From NCBI GenBank assembly GCA_964645535.1, contig CAZYCQ010000076.1, positions 1 through 13,199 on the forward strand: 13,199 bases of DNA, written 5' to 3'. Position 1 is the stretch's first letter; every line of letters begins with the position of its first letter. The notes beneath the pieces are model-generated. The model was not told where the DNA came from. It made no database searches and saw nothing but the letters and a program-made list of their open reading frames with translations. This DNA is from an uncultured archaeon (GTDB taxonomy: Archaea; Asgardarchaeota; Heimdallarchaeia; Heimdallarchaeales; Kariarchaeaceae). Made by a program: the position numbers and the translations under genes. Of the stretch, positions 1 through 5,897 are shown in pieces.

Positions 1-77
1 CTTTTGGAGTAGTAAGATTCGCAAATTTCACAAACAATTGATTTTAACTGTTCCTCATCAAACGGAAATTCATCCAT
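1..77 (-). CDS. Possible 5' end of a gene running off the left edge; hypothetical protein with CxxC
   Basis: Hand translation from ATG at 77 gives MDEFPFDEEQLKSIVCEICESYYSK, open to the window edge. AT-rich promoter-like sequence lies upstream (about 95-150). Only 25 codons are visible. Confidence 0.4.
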   Translation of the reverse strand, partial: MDEFPFDEEQLKSIVCEICESYYSK

Positions 78-233
78 GCATTTCGGTAAAGAAATTGTTT
101 TTTAATTGTTTTTCCAAAAATGAATTAATTTTTTTATGAAATTTATAAAAAGCATTTACCATTCTATGCTATTACTTGGGAAATACACATTTTCGGATAC
201 TATTTCCATTGTTGATCGGAAAACCTTGGTATG

Positions 234-1607
234 CTAATGAAAAAGGTTTCTTTTCTTGTTCTTTTTTCTGATGAACACAATAGAAATCACTGCGGTGATG
301 AACAGAGCGGACATTGGCACACTTAATTCTTCAGGGGTCGAGCTTTCAGTGGTTGGGGTACTTGACGTGGTAGTTGTTGATGAGGTTGTTGTTGATGAGG
401 TTGTTGTTGAAGTGGTTGTTGTAGTGGGTGTGGATGGTGGTTGTTGGATGGTGATGATTTGTGTTCCAACTAATTGATTGAATTTGATTGCTGCAGTTCT
501 GTCTCCATGTTCATTGAATGTAACCTTTCCAGACATTCCTTGGAATTCTGAGTTGTAGAGTTGTGCGAGTAGGAGTTCTCCATCATTGTAATCCTGTCCA
601 TTCTGGATCATTTTGTCGATTGCCAGTGCGATGGTATAGACTGCATCGTAAGCGAATGGTGCGAATGTATCGGGTGAAGTGTCTCCACACCCTTGATAGG
701 TCTGGGTGTCCCTTCCATTGCAATTTTGCCACATGGTTTTGAATTCTTCAGTTTTTGGGTTTTCGTATGTGGTCTGTAGCCAAATGGTTCCATTTGCGTT
801 TTCGATGAGGTTTTGATTTGGTGTTCCATCTGAGTTGTGGATGATCCTGGTGATATTGGTTTCTGCGATCTGTATCCATAATCGGTTCTGCAGCTGAAAT
901 TCGTTGATTTGGGTGAATATGTTCTTGGTTTCATCTTCAAGAGTGTTTAGAATGATTGTGGTTGCATTGCTTTGTCTGATGCTGTTGAGCTGCGTTGAAA
1001 AGTTGGTTGTTCCGAATGAGATCATGTTGTCCGAGAGGATTTTGAAGCCGTGATTTTCCAGTGTTTCGCTCAGGTTTCCGAGGAAATCCTCATAGATTGT
1101 TGCCACTTCGGTTTGATTTGCGAGAAAGTCGGTAAGTTCCTCGATCTTTTCGAACGGATCGGGGCTGATCATTCTCATGAAGTAGGGATATTCTGTCTTG
1201 TTTGAGAGTTCGGGGCTTGACGATGAGTAAGAAACCTGGGGGATTTTGTTTGGTGCAGCCACTTCTGCAACTACCTTTGATACGGCAGACGATGCAGCTC
1301 CTACAATGGCGACGGCCCCATTTGAAATTATCTCTTGGGCTGCGGCAGCACCTGCTGTTGGGTACGTCTGTGTGTCCCTGACAATCATTTCAAGGGTATA
1401 TCCGTTCAGGATGCTTTCATTTGCGTTGATGTTGTCGACAGCCATCTGTGCCGCGGCGTTTCTTTCGATCCCTCCTTCTGAAAGGGCACCTGTAAGGGGA
1501 AAGAGTCCTCCAATCTTGATGACGGGGTTCTGTTCTATGGTGCCTTGTGCGTTTACCATCATGGACATGCAGAGGATGACGATGGCAATCATGGTTTTGA
1601 TGTACAT
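234..1607 (-). CDS. Membrane-anchored type 1 periplasmic-binding / Venus flytrap (ANF_receptor-like) protein
   Basis: N-terminal signal peptide. Motifs IKIGGLFPLTG, AIVGAASSAVS, IPQVSYSSSSPELSNKTEYPYFMR, AYDAVYTIALAI and FQGMSGKVTFNEHGDR. Thr/Ser linker, then a C-terminal hydrophobic helix and RKKNKKR tail. Confidence 0.9.
   Translation of the reverse strand: MYIKTMIAIVILCMSMMVNAQGTIEQNPVIKIGGLFPLTGALSEGGIERNAAAQMAVDNINANESILNGYTLEMIVRDTQTYPTAGAAAAQEIISNGAVAIVGAASSAVSKVVAEVAAPNKIPQVSYSSSSPELSNKTEYPYFMRMISPDPFEKIEELTDFLANQTEVATIYEDFLGNLSETLENHGFKILSDNMISFGTTNFSTQLNSIRQSNATTIILNTLEDETKNIFTQINEFQLQNRLWIQIAETNITRIIHNSDGTPNQNLIENANGTIWLQTTYENPKTEEFKTMWQNCNGRDTQTYQGCGDTSPDTFAPFAYDAVYTIALAIDKMIQNGQDYNDGELLLAQLYNSEFQGMSGKVTFNEHGDRTAAIKFNQLVGTQIITIQQPPSTPTTTTTSTTTSSTTTSSTTTTSSTPTTESSTPEELSVPMSALFITAVISIVFIRKKNKKRNLFH
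373..417. repeat. 15-nt tandem repeat encoding part of the Thr/Ser-rich linker
   Basis: gttgttgatgaggtt twice (373-402) plus degenerate gttgttgaagtggtt (403-417), within TTTTTSTTTSSTTTSSTTTTSS. Confidence 0.85.
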
Positions 1608-1734
1608 GCGGAACCTTTTTCGATTGAAATAAAATATTTTGCACTACTTTGGTGGATTTTTGCCAAATCCATTTCGTTTCTTTTCCTTCTTCGGCATCGA
1701 TAGGTTGTTAAGGATGTTTTTTCTGGTTAGTGCT
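1608..1734. promoter_or_regulatory. Divergent promoter region between the VFT gene and ssb
   Basis: Intergenic gap between divergent starts. AT-rich aaataaaatattt (about 1627-1639) lies 20-32 nt upstream of the - strand ATG at 1607; ttgttaag lies about 25-30 nt upstream of ATG 1735. Confidence 0.45.
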
Positions 1735-2052
1735 ATGAAGCTGGAGGAACTGCAGGCGGACAGCGGTTTTGATGTGGTACGTGTGCGAGTGCTTTCGAAG
1801 AACGGTCCTCGTCATGTGGGTCGTGGACGTTTTGTGACGAGCATCTTGGTGCGTGACGAGACATCAAGCTGTGAATTCTCCGTTTGGGGTAAGGATGAGG
1901 CATCGAAGTACCGGATTGGTTCGATCATCGAGATTGTCAACGGATGGGTGAAGGTATACAATGGGGTGAAACAGATATCCACGGGACGTGATGGCTACGT
2001 TCGTTTTCTGCAAACGGATGATCCGAACATTCCTCGTACTCCTGTGACATGA
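1735..2052 (+). CDS. ssb: Single OB-fold single-stranded nucleic acid-binding protein (crenarchaeal SSB/RPA-like), 105 aa
   Basis: Pattern VRDETSSCEFSVWG...GSIIEIVNGWVKVYNGVKQISTGRDG matches SSB/RPA OB folds (DxTG, WG, NGY/W, F/YNG, GxxG). In-frame ATG at 1735 is preferred over the TTG at 1639, whose extension is Phe-rich intergenic-like sequence. Confidence 0.8.
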   Translation: MKLEELQADSGFDVVRVRVLSKNGPRHVGRGRFVTSILVRDETSSCEFSVWGKDEASKYRIGSIIEIVNGWVKVYNGVKQISTGRDGYVRFLQTDDPNIPRTPVT

Positions 2053-2064
2053 CAGTTGGCATAG

Positions 2065-2070
2065 TTTTTT
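2065..2070 (+). terminator. Candidate archaeal oligo-T terminator after ssb
   Basis: T6 tract 13 nt after the stop, with a second T6 at 2113-2118. It could instead be part of a TATA element (tttttaat) for the next gene. Confidence 0.35.
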
Positions 2071-2143
2071 AATGAATGATGGTAAAAAGAGATTAAAGAA
2101 GAACGATACTTGTTTTTTGAGAAAGCAAAGTTCTCCTCATACA

Positions 2144-2150
2144 GGAGTGA
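2144..2150 (+). promoter_or_regulatory. Shine-Dalgarno-like site for the beta-CASP gene
   Basis: GGAGTGA ends 6 nt before ATG 2157. Confidence 0.6.
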
Positions 2151-2156
2151 AAAAAA

Positions 2157-3533
2157 ATGACTAATGATTTACGATTTATTGGATTTGGAAGCTGCGGAGA
2201 AGTTGGTCGCAGCGCATTCGTTCTCGAGGACAAAGAGAACAAGATTTTATTGGAGGCTGGTCTCAAGCTCATTCCGTTCCAGCCATCGGTTCCTCCATTG
2301 GGACTGGACGAATATGCATCCGAATTGGACGCCGCTATTATTTCTCATGCCCATATTGACCATTCTGGCTATCTGCCTGCTGTGTACCGTCATGGTTTCA
2401 AGGGAAAGACGTTCATGACCGATCCGTCATTGGATATCTGCAGGTTACTGTGGGAGGATCATTTTAAGATCGAGGGTGAACGTTACTGGACGATGGAAGA
2501 CTTGGAAACGGTTTATGAGAACGTTGTGACGATGGAATACCGCAAGAAACGACAGATCACGGCGGATATTTCCGTGGAATTCTTCAATGCGGGTCATATC
2601 CTTGGTTCTGCCATGGTTCTGATAGACTGGAAAGGCTACCGTATTCTTTACACGGGGGACTTCAATGACAACCAGACGCCATTTTTTGATGGCTTCGACA
2701 TGCCTGATGATCCAGTTGACCTGATCATCACGGAGAGCACCAATGGTGTGCGAACGGTTCCTCCCCGGAAAAAAATCAATAATGCATTTACCAAAGAGGT
2801 ACGTACGGTTCTGAACCAAGGGAAGAAAGTGCTTATTCCTTCATTTGCAGTGGGGCGTTCACAGGAACTTCTGACGGTTCTGACAGAAAGCATCAAGGAT
2901 TATCCAATCTATGTGGATGGCATGATCAATCGAATGAATTCGATCACCGAGCGATATCTTACTCCGAAGTGGGTCAGTCCGACCTTCTTGCAAAAGATGA
3001 AGGAACGTGGTCTGCAGTCTCCCTTCGAGGAAGACAATGTCATCGGCATTACACGGGAAAATTTTGAGAGAACTTGGGATTTCCGTCGTCATATCGGTCA
3101 GATCGAAGAGCCGTTCATTATTATTTCAACCTCTGGCATGCTTATGCCTTCGCCGATCCATACCCATATGAGATACAATGCAGGCGATCCGCAGAATCTT
3201 TTGGCATTTGTTGGGTATCAGGCTGAAGGGACAATTGGACGGGAGATCATTGAAGGGTCTCGGCAGGTTTCTGTTCAATTGGATCGAAAGAACACTGCTG
3301 AAGTGCCAATACGTTCACGCATAATGCAGTTCCACTTCTCGGGACATGTCAGCGAGAAAGGCATAAAGGATCTGTTCACCAAATTGAAACCTTCGGAAAT
3401 CATTCTGGTTCATGGAAGCGAGGATAGTCGGAAAAGCGTTGCCAGCCTTGTCGGCAAGGACACAAAAGTTCATTTCCCGCAGATCGGTGATGAAATTAGG
3501 TTAACGTCATTCGAAAAAAAATTGAATGCATGA
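2157..3533 (+). CDS. MBL-fold beta-CASP ribonuclease, CPSF73/aCPSF group, without N-terminal KH domains
   Basis: GEVGRS, SHAHIDH (HxHxDH), NAGHILGSA, YTGD, ITEST, PSFAVGRSQE, SGML, VGYQAEGTIGR, FSGH and LVHG. At 458 aa it starts directly at the MBL domain. Confidence 0.95.
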   Translation: MTNDLRFIGFGSCGEVGRSAFVLEDKENKILLEAGLKLIPFQPSVPPLGLDEYASELDAAIISHAHIDHSGYLPAVYRHGFKGKTFMTDPSLDICRLLWEDHFKIEGERYWTMEDLETVYENVVTMEYRKKRQITADISVEFFNAGHILGSAMVLIDWKGYRILYTGDFNDNQTPFFDGFDMPDDPVDLIITESTNGVRTVPPRKKINNAFTKEVRTVLNQGKKVLIPSFAVGRSQELLTVLTESIKDYPIYVDGMINRMNSITERYLTPKWVSPTFLQKMKERGLQSPFEEDNVIGITRENFERTWDFRRHIGQIEEPFIIISTSGMLMPSPIHTHMRYNAGDPQNLLAFVGYQAEGTIGREIIEGSRQVSVQLDRKNTAEVPIRSRIMQFHFSGHVSEKGIKDLFTKLKPSEIILVHGSEDSRKSVASLVGKDTKVHFPQIGDEIRLTSFEKKLNA

Positions 3534-3544
3534 CCATTCAAACA

Positions 3545-3557
3545 GAAGAAATATAAG
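3545..3557 (+). promoter_or_regulatory. BRE/TATA candidate for the 79-aa ORF (probably leaderless)
   Basis: gaagaAATATAAG, with the TATA element about 22-29 nt upstream of ATG 3579. Confidence 0.55.
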
Positions 3558-3578
3558 GCATCAAATCCTTAGTAACCC

Positions 3579-3818
3579 ATGTCAACGGCAGAGGAGCTTT
3601 ATGAATGGATCAATAGCCGATATGAGGCTTGCAAACGGGGAGAGATTTCTGAGGATGAATATCTCAAGGACTTGGCGGAATACAAGGAAAAGCTCGCAAA
3701 GCTGGATGTAGGTGAGAATATTCCTGTTCACAAGACTGCCTCGGGTGACCTAAAAACGGTAAAGTCCACGAGCATAGCCGGATTGAGGAAGAAACTGCTT
3801 GATGAGTTGATGAAGTAG
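3579..3818 (+). CDS. Small helical hypothetical protein, 79 aa
   Basis: Fills the gap without overlap, has a TATA at the expected distance and a protein-like E/K/L-rich composition. RGEISEDEY resembles SHOCT-type motifs; the C-terminus SIAGLRKKLLDELMK is amphipathic. Confidence 0.8.
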   Translation: MSTAEELYEWINSRYEACKRGEISEDEYLKDLAEYKEKLAKLDVGENIPVHKTASGDLKTVKSTSIAGLRKKLLDELMK

Positions 3819-3873
3819 TGTTTACTATGATAATCGTTTTAATTGCCGCAGAGAAACTAACTTGAAGAGTATT

Positions 3874-4380
3874 ATGAGTTCGGAAACAGTTACCGTAGAT
3901 CTTTTGGTTGATGGAGGAGAAGCAAAGCCATCCGGTGCAATCGCTCCTGCGTTGGGTCCCACCGGTGTCAACCTTGGACAGGTAGTTGCCGATATCAACA
4001 AGGCAACCGCCGACTACAAGGGCATGAAGGTTCCGGTCAAGGTGATCGTAGACAAGAAGACACGAACCTATGAATTGGAGATCGGAATTCCCCCTGCAAG
4101 CGCTCTCATCAAGAAGGAATTGGGCATAACCAAAGGTAGTGGCACTCCCCAAAAACGTGATGCTGGAGACCTGACCCTTGAACAAGTTCTCTCAATAACC
4201 AAGGCAAAACGGCCTGATCTGCTTGGTGCTACCTATAAAACCGCATGTCTTGAGATTCTTGGAACCATGTCTTCCTTGGGTGCCACCTGTGAGGGCATGG
4301 ATCCTCGTGACATGCAAAAGAAGATCAAGGCCGGCGAATATGACGATCGTATCAAGGAATGGGAAGAGAAGAATCTTTAG
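3874..4380 (+). CDS. rpl11: 50S ribosomal protein L11 (uL11), archaeal type
   Basis: LLVDGGEAKP...APALGPTGVN, TADYKGMKVPVKV, GIPPASALIKKELG, GDLTLEQV, EILGT..SLG and IKAGEYD. ATG at 3874 is preferred over TTG at 3862. Confidence 0.97.
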   Translation: MSSETVTVDLLVDGGEAKPSGAIAPALGPTGVNLGQVVADINKATADYKGMKVPVKVIVDKKTRTYELEIGIPPASALIKKELGITKGSGTPQKRDAGDLTLEQVLSITKAKRPDLLGATYKTACLEILGTMSSLGATCEGMDPRDMQKKIKAGEYDDRIKEWEEKNL

Positions 4381-4391
4381 CTATCTATAGG

Positions 4392-4399
4392 ATTATATT
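4392..4399 (+). promoter_or_regulatory. TATA-box candidate for the ATPase gene
   Basis: ATTATATT about 24-31 nt upstream of ATG 4423; no SD visible. Confidence 0.45.
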
Positions 4400-4422
4400 C
4401 AAGATAAAACATTGAAATCTAA

Positions 4423-5850
4423 ATGGAATTGACGATTGAGCAATTTTTTGATCGGCACACCATGTCGGTACATCTCCGGGAAAATCTTCCCCCTTTGGCA
4501 AAGAGGGGTAGACCCGGTGAATGGAAGCTTGAGGAGATCAGTCCTGAGCCGATGACATGGGAGACTGTGGCGGCAATTGCGGATGAGATCCTGGAATATG
4601 TTGAGAACCATGATGATGCGGTCATTGAGGATGACTGGGAACAGGCCCGTATCATCCAGTTACGGGATTACCGGATCGTGATCACCACCTACCCCTTCAG
4701 TAATGCCCTTGAAATTACGGCTGTAAAACCTACCATGCGCAAGACCCTTGAGAGCTATTCCTTGGATCGCAAACTCTTTGAACGTCTTTCCGCCAAGGCT
4801 GAAGGGATCCTGATCGCAGGTTCACCTGGTGCCGGCAAATCCACCTTTGGTGCCGCTTTGGCTGATTTTTATGCCAGCCAAGGAAAGATTGTGAAGACGA
4901 TTGAAAAACCAAGGGATTTGAACGTTGATGACAGGATCACCCAGTACCAGATGATTGATGATGATCCTGAAAAGACTGGAGATATTCTTCTTCTTATGCG
5001 TCCGGACTATGTCATCTATGACGAAGTACGTAAATCGCGTGATTTTGAAGTCTACAGCGATCTGAGGTTGTCCGGCATCGGGCTTGTGGGTGTGGTTCAT
5101 GCTACCAATCCCATGGATGCCATTCAGAGATTTATCGGAAGAATTGAGTTGGGGTTGATCCCATCGATCATTGATACGGTTATCTTTATCGAGAAAGGAG
5201 AGGTCACTTCGGTATATAGCCTCAAAATGACGGTCAAGGTTCCTACGGGCATGCAATCCAATGATCTTGCACGTCCGGTCATCGTGGTCGGTGACTTCCT
5301 CAACAATGATCGACCTGCCTTTGAATTGTTTTCATTCGGAGAACAGGTTGTCCTTGTCCCTGTAGGTTCCTCCACACAGAAACGAAGACAACGTAAGCTC
5401 CCCTTGGATGAAATCCGCCAAGAGCTTGAATTTCTCTTGGAAACCACCACTTTTGAAGTGGAACAAATCGGTAACTCATCCATCAGGCTCTATATCCCCT
5501 CGAAATTAATACCTTCTGTCATTGGGAAAAATGGTTCCAATATCCGGGAACTTGAAAAATACATTGGTCTTTCCATTGACATTGAGCCGTTGGACATCAT
5601 GAAGGATGCCAGCCTTCCTGATACTTCAAAGGTGAGGGTATATGATGAGAAGAAACATCTTGTTCTTGATGTAGGCTCGGAATTTGCAGGAAGGAATGTG
5701 GATATCATGGTTGGTCCTCAAGTGATCTTCAGTGGAACTGTGGATTATTCGGGACAAATCCGTCTCTCCAAGAAGAAGGGGCCCACAAAACGTATCGAGA
5801 AAATGTTGGCTTCGGCAGACAGTCCTTTGACCGTTCGTGCACGAAAGTGA
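4423..5850 (+). CDS. PINA/COG1855 (MJ1533-type) PilT-family ATPase with KH domain, lacking the N-terminal PIN domain
   Basis: Family signature IEQFFDRHTMSVHLREN.PP.AKRG.PGEW. Walker A GSPGAGKST, KTIEKPRDL, Walker B VIYDEVR, GVVHA, DAIQRFIGRIELG, VKVPTGM..DLARPV, FGEQVV and KH loop IGKNG. Confidence 0.92.
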   Translation: MELTIEQFFDRHTMSVHLRENLPPLAKRGRPGEWKLEEISPEPMTWETVAAIADEILEYVENHDDAVIEDDWEQARIIQLRDYRIVITTYPFSNALEITAVKPTMRKTLESYSLDRKLFERLSAKAEGILIAGSPGAGKSTFGAALADFYASQGKIVKTIEKPRDLNVDDRITQYQMIDDDPEKTGDILLLMRPDYVIYDEVRKSRDFEVYSDLRLSGIGLVGVVHATNPMDAIQRFIGRIELGLIPSIIDTVIFIEKGEVTSVYSLKMTVKVPTGMQSNDLARPVIVVGDFLNNDRPAFELFSFGEQVVLVPVGSSTQKRRQRKLPLDEIRQELEFLLETTTFEVEQIGNSSIRLYIPSKLIPSVIGKNGSNIRELEKYIGLSIDIEPLDIMKDASLPDTSKVRVYDEKKHLVLDVGSEFAGRNVDIMVGPQVIFSGTVDYSGQIRLSKKKGPTKRIEKMLASADSPLTVRARK

Positions 5851-5865
5851 AAGAACAATCCTCAG

Positions 5866-5873
5866 ATTAATAA
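5866..5873 (+). promoter_or_regulatory. TATA-box candidate for the SelB-like gene
   Basis: ATTAATAA about 25-32 nt upstream of ATG 5898. Confidence 0.45.
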
Positions 5874-5897
5874 CCAATACATGTTGAAATCGATACA

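Noticed and set aside
256-477. Val-rich 73-aa ORF on the + strand
   Set aside because: Antisense shadow of the Thr/Ser linker.
234-1607. Complete class C GPCR or glutamate receptor
   Set aside because: Only one C-terminal TM; no 7TM, channel or cytoplasmic signalling domain.
1639-1734. TTG-initiated N-terminal extension of the OB protein
   Set aside because: Phe-rich, low-complexity translation of the divergent promoter region; the OB fold starts at ATG 1735.
2157-3533. aCPSF1/FttA or RNase J
   Set aside because: Lacks the N-terminal KH domains of FttA, and the motifs (HAHIDH, GRSQE, GYQAEGT) are CPSF-type rather than RNase J-type (HGHEDH).
3526-3711. 61-aa ORF overlapping the beta-CASP stop
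   Set aside because: Overlaps the better-supported 3579-3818 ORF in another frame, covers its TATA and has atypical composition.
4423-5850. Pilus or secretion ATPase (PilT/VirB11/FlaI)
   Set aside because: The fold is related, but the TMSVHL signature, KH domain and absence of pilin or TadC genes indicate COG1855/PINA.
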